In this document: piece by piece, positions 25,200 to 39,000 of the stretch
Layout of the letters: each line of letters opens with the position of its first letter
How positions within the stretch are numbered: position 1 is the first letter of the stretch
NCBI RefSeq assembly: GCF_006345805.1
Contig: NC_043006.1
Span: 186,001 to 250,000 of the forward strand
Direction: 5' to 3'
Length of the DNA stretch: 64,000 nucleotides
Source of the DNA: Octopus sinensis
Lineage: Eukaryota
The notes under the pieces: model-generated
The model's input: only the letters and a program-made list of their open reading frames with translations
Databases searched by the model: none
What the model was told of the DNA's origin: nothing
Program-made: the position numbers and the translations under genes

Positions 25200-26962
25200 T
25201 AATCATCATCATCATCGTCGTTTAACGTCCGTTCTCCATGCTAGCATGGGTTGGACGGTTCGACCGGGGTTCTGGGAAGCCAGAAGGCTGCACCAGGCTC
25301 CAGTCTAATCTGGCAATGTTTCTACAGCTGGATGCCCTTCCTAACGCCAACCACTCCGTGAGTGTAGTGGGTGCTTTTTACGTGCCACCTGCACAGGTGC
25401 CAGGCGGGGCTGGCAACGGCCACGTTCAGATTGGTGTATTTTATGTGCCACCGGCACGGAAGCCAGTCGAGGCGGTGCTGGCATCGGCCACGAGTCGGAT
25501 AGTGCTTTTTACGTACCACCAGACCAGGGATCCTGGCTGGTTCAATTCGATTTCGATTTCGCTTGCCCCAACATGTCCTCACAAGCAAAGGGGGTTGGCA
25601 TGGGTGCCTGTCGTACGGTCGCATTGGAGAATTTTACGTGCCACGGCCACGAGTCGGATAGTGCTTTTTACATACCACCAGACCAGGGATCCTGGCTGGT
25701 TCAATTCGATTTCGATTTCGCTTGCCCCAACATGTCTTCACAAGCAAAGGGGGTTGGCATGGGTGCCTGTCGTACGGTCGCATTGGAGCATTTTACGTGC
25801 CACGGCCACGAGTCGGATAGTGCTTTTTACGTACCACCAGGCCAGGGATCCTGGCTGGTTCAATTCGGTTTCGATTTCGATTTCGCTTGCCCCAACATGT
25901 CTTCGCAAGCATGGGGGGTTGGCATGGGTGTCTGTCGTCGGATGAGGTTCTATATCGACTTCGCTTGCCTCAACCGGTCTTTGTGTCCAAGGGAGGAAAG
26001 GCATTCATAAGTGGGCTGGGCTCACTTGTCCTGCCTGGTCTTCTCACGTACAGAATATTTCCAAAGGTCTCGGTCTCTGGTCATTTCCTCAGTGAGGCCT
26101 AAAGTTCGAAGGTCGTGCTTCACCACCTCGTCCCAGGTTTTCCTGGGTCTACCTCTTCCACGGGTTCCCTCAACTGCTAGGGATTGGCACTTTCTCACAC
26201 ACCTATCTTCATCCATTCTCGCCACATGACCATACCAGCGCAATCGTCTCTCTTGCACACCACAACTGATGCTTCTTAGGTACAACATTTCTCTCAAGGT
26301 GCTAACGCTCTGTCGAGTATGTACACTGACATTACACATCCATCGGAGCATACTGGCTTCATTCCTCACGAGCTTACGCATGTCCTCAGCAGTCACGGCC
26401 CATGTTTCGCTGCCATGTAGCATGGCTGTTCGTACACACGCATCATACAGTCTGCCTTTTACTCTGAGCAAGAGGCCTTTAGTCACCAGCAGAGGTAAGA
26501 GCTCCCTAAACTTTGCCCAGGCTATTCTTATTCTAGCAGTTACACTTTCAGCGCACCCACCCCCACTACTGACTTGGTCACCTAGATAACGGAAGCTATC
26601 AACTACTTCTAGTTTTTCCCCCTGGAAAGTGACGGAAGTTGTTTTCTGCAGATTTTCGGAGGTTAATGCTCCCGAGCATCTGCCACATACAAAAACTATC
26701 TTCCCAGTTAGCCTACCTTTGACATTGCTGCACCTCTTATGTGTCCATAGCTTACACTGGGTACATCTTATAGAGTTTCTACCTACACCTTTTCTACAGA
26801 TCGAGCAGGGCCATCTTCCTGAAGATATTTGTGGATTGTCTACCTTTCTACTTATTAGTACTTTGGTTTTAGCTAGGTTGACTCTAAGGCCCCTTGATTC
26901 TAAACCCTCCTTCCACACCTGGAACTTCTCCTCCAGTTCTGATAGTGACTCAGCAATAAGAG
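25200..26962 (-). mobile_element. 5'-truncated RTE-clade LINE with open RT C-terminal ORF (26022-26960), long 3' UTR and (GAT)n tail
   Basis: (YADD)LALIAESLSELEEKFQVWK..LRVNLAKTK..C-x2-C finger..FRYLG..RLRWYGHVARM..RGRGRPRKTW; about 312 codons without a stop. Confidence 0.95.
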
Positions 26963-26972
26963 CAATAAGAGC

Positions 26973-26974
<2 letters not shown>

Positions 26975-27016
<42 letters not shown>

Positions 27017-27400
27017 AATTATTGTATACAGAGCTCAGGTGCACCACAACTTGTCAAAAGTGTGTATAAAGCCTATGCAGTAATGTACAAATGTCTGGAA
27101 AGCGCACAGTGCATGAGTCAGATACATGCTTGTGTGTGTATGGAGGGGAGAAAATCAGGTGTAGTGTTGGCGAATCTCAGGAAGCATGGAAGTTTTGAAG
27201 GATGCAGTGCTCCAACAACTAACAACTGATACCGGCAGTTTGTTCCATGCTTCAGCAACTCTCAGCGTGAAAAAATGTTTCCGAAAGTCATGGGAGCTGT
27301 GCTGTTTTCTGACTTTGTAAATATGTCCACAGGTGTTAGACGGGTGGAGTTTGAAAGGTGCTCAGAGTTATTGTTTGTAAGATGGTTAATAATTTTTCGT
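26975..27400 (-). mobile_element. CR1-type LINE 3' end with (ATT)n tail
   Basis: FKLHPSNTCGHIYKVRKQHSSHDFRKHFFTLRVAEAWNKLPVSVVSCRSTASFKTSMLPEIRQHYT*. Confidence 0.88.
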
Positions 27401-27439
27401 TCCGATATCTAAGTTGCTGACTACTTCAGTTGTCCAGTC

Positions 27440-27688
27440 TAATAACAATAATGAAATTATTGTATACAGTGCTCAGGTGCACCACAACTTGTCAGAAAGT
27501 GCATATAAAGTACATGCAGTAATGTACAAATGTCTGGGAAGTGAACAGTGTATGAGTCAGATACATGCTTGTGTGTGTATGGAGGGGAGAAAATCAGGTG
27601 TAGTGTTGGCGAATCTCAGGAAGCATGGAAGTTTTGAAGGATGCAGTACTCCGACAACTAACAACTGATGCCGGCAGTTTGTTCCATT
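27440..27688 (-). mobile_element. Second CR1-type 3' end, same family, directly adjacent
   Basis: Near-identical to 27005-27250. Confidence 0.88.
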
Positions 27689-27844
27689 TCATTATTTAAA
27701 ACATTTATCACTGAACAAATTGAAAAGTAAAAAAAATAATGATTTCACATGAAATTCTCCACTTAATTGAAGGGAACAATGTTTTTAGTTAGTTTAACAG
27801 GGAGTTAAATGGATGACACAATATGGGTATTTTGTTCCTGGCTA

Positions 27845-28060
27845 AGGCAGTGAGCTGGGAGAATCATTAGCAGACCAGGTGAAATGCTTAGCAGCATTTT
27901 GTCCATTTCTGAGTTCAAATTCCATCAAGGTTGACTTTGCCTCTCATTTTTTTGGGAGGTTGATAAAATAAGTACCAGTTGAAGACTGGGGTCGATGTAA
28001 ACAACTTACCCCAACCCCAGAAATTGCTGGCTTTGTGTCGAAATTTGAAACCAACATTTT
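27845..28060 (+). mobile_element. SINE family B
   Basis: ggcagtgagctgggagaatcattagc..ctgagttcaaattcc..gactttgcc. Confidence 0.8.
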
Positions 28061-28879
28061 ATGCACGACTTATTGCTCATTGTTTCTGAACAGTATTTCA
28101 GTATTTTGAAAAAAAAAAAAAAAGATATCAATTTATATTTTTAAAAAATTATGAGAAATCTGAGGTATATCTACAACTATTTGAAAACAAATGGCACAAG
28201 GCTACAGATTAGAATTTAGAAAATAGTCATTTAAATCCATTCCAGGGCTTAACTGATAATTATTTTATCAACCTCAGAAGGATGAAAAATAAACTGACTT
28301 TAACAGAATTTGAACTCAAAACATACCATACATCTTTGTCAAAATCAAATCCAAGTTAATAATGGTTGTATTTTTGTAAAAATAATTTATTAAATTTTAA
28401 ATTAATTAATTTCTTTTTTTTTTCTTGTTTTTGGTGAAGTAAAAAAACATTTTTTTTTTCACGATTATTACAATAACAATGTTTTTAAAGCTGAAAAAAA
28501 TCCAGAATATGAAATTAATAAAACTTCATATCAGCACTTATCTTTCAAAAATGGATACGGATTGCTATATTTTGTTTAATTAAAATCATATGTATTCAAA
28601 TTTCCTAGCTAGAAATCACTGTGTATATAATTTTATACATTGTGTATGTGACAACATTGGGTGTAAGTGTGTGTGTGTGTGTGTGTGGGTACACATAGCT
28701 ATAACTAGTTGACTGTGCATTAATAATTAATTAAAACACAATTCCTTAGAATATAATATTAAATAATAACATTCAACAATCTCCTAATTATAATGTCCCA
28801 GCAAACTGGTAGTTAACAAAGTGTAACTTCAGGAATAAATATAAAAAAACCTTTGGGTTTTTTTCCAGACATAAACTAT

Positions 28880-29054
28880 TTAAGATGGAAACAACACTTT
28901 TGAAGGATTCAAGATGTTGTTGGGATCTAATGCTTTTTTCATTTCCTTCATCACCTGAATGGTGTTCTCATCAAGTTCTTGAGTCAATAACTTCCGTTTA
29001 CCAAGACCAATTCCATGCTCTCCAGTGCATGTGCCATTGAGTTCCAAAGCTCTC
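28880..29054 (-). CDS. LDHD: Terminal coding exon, probable mitochondrial D-lactate dehydrogenase (FAD-linked oxidase C-terminus)
   Basis: Acceptor ttattgtttcctAG, phase 2. Encodes RALELNGTCTGEHGIGLGKRKLL..MKKALDPNNILNPSKVLFPS*; the GTCTGEHGIGxGK and LDP..lNPgKV motifs are LDHD-type. Confidence 0.92.
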
Positions 29055-29353
29055 CTAGGAAACAATAAAATAACATCACAAAATAATTTTGGTTATGCTT
29101 AACACAATTGCATTTTAACATAATAATATTCATATATAGCATCACAACCCATGCCAGCATGGAAAGCAGATGTTAAACGACGATGATGATGATGAGCACA
29201 ACAACATTCCATTGTGATGCCATACACACAAACACAGTATCTTAGCATTTCACTATGACACCACACACACACACATACACACATACACACACACAAACTT
29301 TTTTTTTTTAATTTTCAGAAACTTTTTACAAATTCATGTTTTACACAAGGGAA

Positions 29354-29760
29354 TACTCTTACTCTTTACTTGTTTCAGTCATTTGACTGTGGCCATGCTG
29401 GAGCACCACCTTCAGTTGAGCAAGTCGACCCCAGGATTTATTCTTTGTAAGCCTAGTACATATTCTATCGGTCTCTTTTGCCGAACCACTAAGTTACGGG
29501 GACATACACACACTAGCATCAGTTGTCAAGTGATGTTGGGGGGACAAACACAGACACACTAACATATACATACACACACATACATACATATATATATACA
29601 TATAGGACGGGCTTCTTTCAGTTTCCGTCTACCAAATCCACTCACAAGGCTTTGGTCGGCCTGAGGCTATAGTAGAAGACACTTGCCCAAAGTGCCATGC
29701 AGTGGGACTGAACCCAGAACCATGTGGTTGATAAGTAAGCTACTTACCACACAGCCACTC
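29354..29760 (-). mobile_element. SINE family A
   Basis: Colinear with the other copies. Confidence 0.9.
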
Positions 29761-30088
29761 CAATGCCTACTATGGAAAAATGTTTTTGAAATTTTCTTTT
29801 AAAAAATCAGTTTAAAATACGGAGTCTGAATTTTTGGTTTAAATTCCAACAATAGACCATTATATGTGTTCAAGAGCAGAAAGATATTCAAAAACCACCA
29901 ATAATTGAGTGACAAACAAACAAGGATGGTATGAGGTGGTTGTGAGATGTGCTAAAAATCACCCTTCTTTCCATAATTGTATTAATTCCCATGTGTAGAA
30001 CACAAATTCACAAAACTTAACTGAAAATTCAAAAAAATTAAAAAAAGCTATGAGGCAGGTTACATGGAGCGAATAAAGCAGAATTTCA

Positions 30089-33000
30089 CCCACACAGTAC
30101 CTTAACATAGTACCATCTTACCATATACACAAACATATTGTCCACACATTACCTTAACATTGTACCATAGTACCATATACACAAACATTTTGTCCACACA
30201 GTAACTTAACATTGTACCATAGTACCATACACACAAACATTTTGTCCACACAGTACCTTAACATTGTACTATGGTACCATATACACAAACATTTTGTCCA
30301 TACAGTACCTTAACATTGTACTATGGTACCATATACACAAACATTTTGTCCATACAGTACCTTAACATTGTACTATGGTACCATATACACAAACATTTTG
30401 TCCATACAGTACCTTAACATTGTACTATGGCACCATATACACAAACATTTTGTCCGCACAGTACCTTACCATAGTACCATATACACAAACATTTTGCCAA
30501 CGCAGTACATTAACATTGTACAATAGTACCATATTCACAAACATTTTGTCCATACAATACCTTAACATTGTACTATGGTACCATATACACAAACATTTTG
30601 TCCATACGGTACCTTAACATTGTACTATGGCACCATATGCACAAAAATTTTGTCCACACAGTACCTTAACATTATACCATAGTACCATATACACAAACAT
30701 TTTGTCCATATGGTACCTTAACATTGTACTATGGTACCATATACACAAACATTTTGTCCATACGGTACCTTAACATTGTACTATGGTACCATATACACAA
30801 ACATTTTGTCCACACAGTACCTTAACATTATACCATAGTACCATATGCACAAACATTTTGTCCATACAGTACCTTAACATTATACCATAATACCATATAC
30901 ACAAACATTTAGCCCACACAGTACCTTAACATTATACCATAGTACCATATACACAAACATTTTGTCCATATGGTACCTTAACATTGTACTATGGTACCAT
31001 ATACACAAACATTTTGTCCATACGGTACCTTAACATTGTACTATGGTACAATATACAAAAACATTTTGTCCACACAGTACCTTAACATTGTACCATAGTA
31101 CCATATACACAAACATTTTGCCCACACAGTACCTTAACATTGTACTGTGGTACCATATACACAAATATTTTGTCCATACAGTACCTTAACATTGTACTAT
31201 GGTACCATATACACAAACATTTTGTCCACACAGTACCTTAACATTGTACCATAGTACCATATACACAAACATTTTGCCCACACAGTACATTAACATTATA
31301 CCATAGTACCATATACACAAACATTTTGTCCATATGGTACCTTAACATTGTACTATGGTACCATATACACAAACATTTTGTCCATACGGTACCTTAACAT
31401 TGTACTATGGTACCATATACACAAACATTTTGTCCATACAGTACCTTAACATTGTACTATGGTACCATATACACAAACATTTTGTCCACACAGTACCTTA
31501 ACATTGTATTATGGTATCAAATACACAAATATTTTGTCCATATGGTACCTTAACATTGTACCATAGTACCATATACACAAACATTTTATCCATACAGTAC
31601 CTTAACATTGTACCATAGTACCATATACACAAATATTTTGTCCATACAGTACCTTAACATTGTACCATGGTACCATATACACAAACATTTTGTCCATACA
31701 GTACCTTAACATTGTACCATAGTACATTATACACAAACATTTTGTCCACACAGTACCTTGACATTGTACTATGGTACCATATACACAAACGTTTCGCCCA
31801 TACAGTACCTTAACATTGTACTATGGTACCATATACACAAACATTTTGTCCATACAGTACCTTAACATTGTACCATAGACCCATATACACAAACATTTTG
31901 TCCACACAGTACCTTACCATGGTACCATGTACACAAACATTTTGTCAATACGGTACCTTAACATTGTACTATGGTACCATATACACAAGTATTTTGTCCA
32001 ACCAGTACTTTAACATTGTACTATGGTACCATATACACAAACATTTTGTCCACACAGTACCTTACCATAGAACCATATACGCAAACATTTTGCCCACACA
32101 GTACATTAACATTGTACGATGGTACAATATACACAAACATTTTATCCATACAGTACCTTAACATCGTACTATGGTACCATATACACAAACATTTTCACCA
32201 CACCGTACCTTACCATTGTACCAGAGTACCATATACACAAACATTTTGCCCACACAGTACCTTAACATTATACCATAATACCATATACACAACATTTTGT
32301 CCATATGGTACCTTAACATTGTACTATGGTACAAATACACAAACATTTTGTCCATACGGTATCTTAACATTGTACTATGGTATCATATACACATACATTT
32401 TGTCCATACGGTACCTTAACATTGTACCATGGTACCATATACACAAACATTTTGTCCATACGGTACCTTAACATTGTACCATAGTACCATATACACAAAC
32501 ATTTTGTCCACACAGTACCTTAACATTGTACTATGGTACAAATTACACAAACATTTTGTCCATACAGTACCTTAACATTGTATTATGGTACCATATACAC
32601 AAACATTTTGTCCACACAGTACCTTAACATTGTACCATAGTACCATATACACAAACATTTTGCCCACACAGTACCTTATCATTGTACCATAGTACCATAT
32701 ACACAAAATTTTATCCATACAGTACCTTAACATTGTACCATAGTACCATATACACAAACATTTTGTCCATACAGTACCTTAAAATTGTACCATGGTACCA
32801 TATACAAACATTTTGTCCATACAGTACCTTAACATTGTACCATAGTACCATATCCACAAAAATTTTGTCCACACAGTACCTTAACATTGTACTATGGTAC
32901 CATATACACAAACATTTTCTCCATACAGTACCTTAACATTGTACTATGGTACAAATTACACAAACATTTTGTCCATACAGTACCTTAACATTGTATTATG

Positions 33001-36000
33001 GTACCATATACACGAACATTTTGTCCACACAGTACCTTAACATTGTACCATAGTACCATATACACAAACATTTTGCCACACAGTACCTTATCATTGTACC
33101 ATAGTACCATATACACAACATTTTATCCATACAGTACCTTAACATTGTACCATAGTACCATATACACAAACATTTTGTCCACAAAGTACCTTAACATTGT
33201 ACATGGTACCATATACAAACATTTTGTTCATACAGTACCTTAACATTGTACTATGGTACCATATACACAAACATTTTGTCCACACAGTACCTTAACATTG
33301 TACTTATGGTACTATATACACAAACATTTTGTCCATACAGTAATTAACATTGTACTATGGTACCATATACACAAATATTTTGTCCATATGGTACCTTAAC
33401 ATTGTACTATGGTACCATATACACAAACATTTTGTCCATACGGTACCTTAACATTGTACTATGGTACCATATACACAACATTTTATCCATACAGTACCTT
33501 ACATTGTACTATGGTACCATATACACAAACATTTTGTCCACACAGTACCTTAACATTGTATTATGGTATCAAATACACAAATATTTTGTCCATATGGTAC
33601 CTTAACATTGTACCATAGTACCATATACACAAACATTTTGTCCATACAGTACCTTAACATTGTACCATAGTACCATATACACAAATATTTTGTCCATACA
33701 GTACCTTAACATTGTACCATGGTACCATATACACAAACATTTTGTCCATACAGTACCTAACATTGTACCATAGTACATTATACACAAACATTTTGTCCAC
33801 ACAGTACCTTGACATTGTACTATGGTACCATATACACAAACGTTTCGCCCATACAGTACCTTAACATTGTACTATGGTACCATATACACAAACATTTTGT
33901 CCATACAGTACCTTAACATTGTACCATAGACCCATATACACAACATTTTGTCCACACAGTACCTTACCATGGTACCATGTACACAAACATTTTGTCAATA
34001 CGGTACCTTAACATTGTACTATGGTACCATATACACAAGTATTTTGTCCAACCAGTACTTTAACATTGTACTATGGTACCATATACACAAACATTTTGTC
34101 CACACAGTACCTTACCATAGAACCATATACGCAAACATTTTGCCCACACAGTACATTAACATTGTACGATGGTACAATATACACAAACATTTTATCCATA
34201 CAGTACCTTAACATCGTACTATGGTACCATATACACAAACATTTTCACCACACCGTACCTTACCATTGTACCAGAGTACCATATACACAAACATTTTGCC
34301 CACACAGTACCTTAACATTATACCATAATACCATATACACAAACATTTTGTCCATATGGTACCTTAACATTGTACTATGGTACCATATACACAAACATTT
34401 TGTCCATACGGTATCTTAACATTGTACTATGGTATCATATACACATACATTTTGTCCATACGGTACCTTAACATTGTACCATGGTACCATATACACAAAC
34501 ATTTTGTCCATACGGTACCTTAACATTGTACCATAGTACCATATACACAAACATTTTGTCCACACAGTACCTTAACATTGTACTATGGTACAAATTACAC
34601 AAACATTTTGTCCATACAGTACCTTAACATTGTATTATGGTACCATATACACGAACATTTTGTCCACACAGTACCTTAACATTGTACCATAGTACCATAT
34701 ACACAAACATTTTGCCCACACAGTACCTTATCATTGTACCATAGTACCATATACACAAACATTTTATCCATACAGTACCTTAACATTGTACCATAGTACC
34801 ATATACACAAACATTTTGTCCATACAGTACCTTAAAATTGTACCATGGTACCATATACAAACATTTTGTCCATACAGTACCTTAACATTGTACCATAGTA
34901 CCATATCCACAAAAATTTTGTCCACACAGTACCTTAACATTGTACTATGGTACCATATACACAAACATTTTCTCCATACAGTACCTTAACATTGTACTAT
35001 GGTACAAATTACACAAACATTTTGTCCATACAGTACCTTAACATTGTATTATGGTACCATATACACGAACATTTTGTCCACACAGTACCTTAACATTGTA
35101 CCATAGTACCATATACACAAACATTTTGCCCACACAGTACCTTATCATTGTACCATAGTACCATATACACAAACATTTTATCCATACAGTACCTTAACAT
35201 TGTACCATAGTACCATATACACAAACATTTTGTCCACAAAGTACCTTAACATTGTACATTGGTACCATATACAAACATTTTGTTCATACAGTACCTTAAC
35301 ATTGTACTATGGTACCATATACACAAACATTTTGTCCACACAGTACCTTAACATTGTACTTATGGTACTATATACACAAACATTTTGTCCATACAGTAAT
35401 TAACATTGTACTATGGTACCATATACACAAATATTTTGTCCATACGGTACCTTAACATTGTACTATGGTACCATATACACAAATATTTTGCCCACACATT
35501 ACCTTACCATAGCACCATATACACAAACATTTTGCTCACACAGTACCTTCACATTGTACTAAGGTACCATACACACAAAAATTTTATCCATATAGTACCT
35601 TAACATTGTACTATGGAACCATATATGCAAACATTTTCTCCACACCGTACCTTAACATTGTACCTTAGTACCATATACACAAACATTTTGCCCACAGTAC
35701 CTTAACATTATACCATGGTACCATATACACAAACATTTTGTCCATACAGTACCTTAACATTGTACTACGGTACCATATACACAAACATTTTGTCCACACA
35801 GTACCTTAACATTGTACTTATGGTACTATATACACAAACATTTTGTCCATACAGTACCTTAACATTGTACTATGGTACCATATACACAAATATTTTGTCC
35901 ACACAGTACCTTACCATAGCACCATATACACAAACATTTTGCTCACACAGTACCTTCACGTTGTACTATGGTACCATACACACAAAAATTTTATCTAGAC

Positions 36001-39000
36001 AGTACCTTAACATTGTACTATGGTACCATATATGCAAACATTTTCTCCACACCGTACCTTAACATTGTACCTTAGTACCATATACACAACATTTTGCCCA
36101 CAGTACCTTAACATTGTACCTTAGAACCATATACACAAAAATTTTGCCCACACAGTACGTTAACATTATACCATAAGACCATATACACAAACATTTTGTC
36201 CATACAGTACCTTAACATTGTACTATGGTACCATATACACAAACATTTTGTCCACACAGTACCTTAACATTGTACTTATGGTACTATATACACAAACATT
36301 TTGTCCATACAGTACCTTAACATTGTACTATGGTACCATATACACAAATGTTTTGTCCATACGGTACCTTAACATTGTACTATGGTACCATATACACAAA
36401 TATTTTGTCCACACAGTACCTTACCATAGCACCATATACACAAACATTTTGCTCACATAGTACCTTCACATTGTACTATGGTACCACACACACAAAAATT
36501 TTATCCATACAGTACCTTAACATTGTACTATGGTACCATATATGCAAACATTTTCTCCACACCGTACCTTAACATTGTACCTTAGTTCCATATACACAAA
36601 CATTTTGCCCACACAGTACCTTAACATTATACCATAAGACCATATACACAAACATTTTGTCCAAATGGTACCTTAACATTGTACTATGGTACCATGTACA
36701 CAAACATTTTGTCCATACGGTACCTTAACATTGTACTATGGTATCATATACACATACATTTAGTCAATACAGCACATTAACATCGTACCATGGTACCATA
36801 TACACAAACATTTTGTCCATACGGTACCTTAACATAGTACCATATACACAAACATTTTGTCCACACAGTACCTTAACATTGTACTATGATACACATTACA
36901 CAAACATTTTGTCCATACAGTACCTTAAAATTGTACCATGGTACCATATACAAACATTTTGTCCATACAGTACCTTAACATTGTACCATGGTACCATATA
37001 CAGAAACATTTTGTCCACACATTACCTTAACATTGTACTATGGTACCATATACACAAACATTTACTCTATAGAGTACCTTAACATTGTACTATGGTACCA
37101 TATACACAAACATTTTGTCCAAACAGTACCTAAACATAGTACCATATACACAAATATTTTGTCCACACAGTACCTTTACAGTGTATCTTGGTACCATATA
37201 CACAAACATTTTGTCCAAACAGTACCTTAACATAGTACCATATGAACAAACATTTTGTCCACACAGTACCTTAACATTGTACTATGGTACCATATACACA
37301 AACATTTTGTCCAAACAGTACCTTAACATAGTACCATATACACAAACATTTTGTTCACACAGTACCTTAACATTGTACCTTGGTACCATATACACAAACA
37401 TTTTGTTCATACAGTACCTTAACATTGTACCATAGTACCATTTAAACAAACATTTTGTCCACACAGTACCTAAAAATTGTACTATGGTACCATATACACA
37501 AACATTTTGTCCACACAGTACCTTAACATTGTACTTGTGGTACTATATACACAAACATTTTGTGCATACAGTACCTTAACATTGTACTATGGTACCATAT
37601 ACACAAATATTTTGTCCATACGGTACCTTAACATTGTACTATGGTACCATATACACAAATATTTTGTCCACACAGTACCTTAACATTGTACTTTGGTACC
37701 ATATACACAAACATTTTGTCCATACGGTACCTTAACATTGTACTATGGTACCATATATACACAAATATTTTGCCCACACAGTACCTTAACATTGTACTAT
37801 AGTACCATATACACAAACATTTTGTCCATACGGTACCTTAACATTGTACGATGGTACCATATACACAAACATTTTGTCCACACAGTAGCTTACCATAGCA
37901 CCATATACACAAACATTTTGCCCACACAGTACCTTAACATTGTACTATGGTACCATATATGCAAACATTTTCTCCACACCGTACCTTAACATTGTACCTT
38001 AGTTCCATATACACAAACATTTTGCCCCCAACAGTACCTTAACATTATACCATAAGACCATATACACAAACATTTTGTCCATATGGTACCTTAACATTGT
38101 ACTATGGTACCATATACACAAACATTTTCTCCATACGGTACCTATACATTGTACTATGGTATCATATACACATACATTTAGTCAATACAGCACATTAACA
38201 TCGTACCATGGTACCATATACACAAACATTTTCTCCACACCGTACCTTAACATAGTACCATATACACAAACATTTTGCCCACACAGTACCTTAACATTAT
38301 ACCATAATACCATATACACAAACATTTTGTCCATATGGTACTTTAACATTGTACTATGGTACCATATACACAAACATTTTGTCCATACGGTACCTTAACA
38401 TTGTACTATGGTATCATATACACATACACTTTGTCCATACAGCACATTCACATCGTACCATGGTACCATATACTCAAACATTTTGTCCATACGGTACCTT
38501 AACATAGTACCATAGTACCATATACACAAACATTTTCTCCACACTGTACCTTAACATTGTACTATGGTACACATTACACAAACATTTTGTCCATACAGTA
38601 CCGTAAAATTGTACCATGGTACCATATACAAACATTTTGTCCATACAGTACCTTAACATTGTACCATAGTACCATATACACAAACATTTTGTCCACACAG
38701 TACCTTAACATTGTACTATGGTACCATATACACAAACATTTTGTCCATACAGTACCTTAACACTGTACTATGGTACCATATACACAAACATTTTGTCCAA
38801 ACAGTACCTAAACATAGTACCGTATACACAAACATTTTGTCTACACAGTACCTTAACATTGTACCTTGGTACCATATACACAAACATTTTGTCCATACAG
38901 TACATTAACATTGTACCATAGTACCATATGAACAAACATTTTGTCCACACAGTACCTTAACGTTGTACTATGGTACCATATACACAAACATTTTGTCCAC

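Noticed and set aside
28880-29054. Assignment as D2HGDH or AGPS instead of LDHD
   Set aside because: GTCTGEHGIG and [11 protein letters not shown] fit LDHD as I recall the families; D2HGDH has GSISAEHG and GHLGDGNLH. A phylogeny would confirm.
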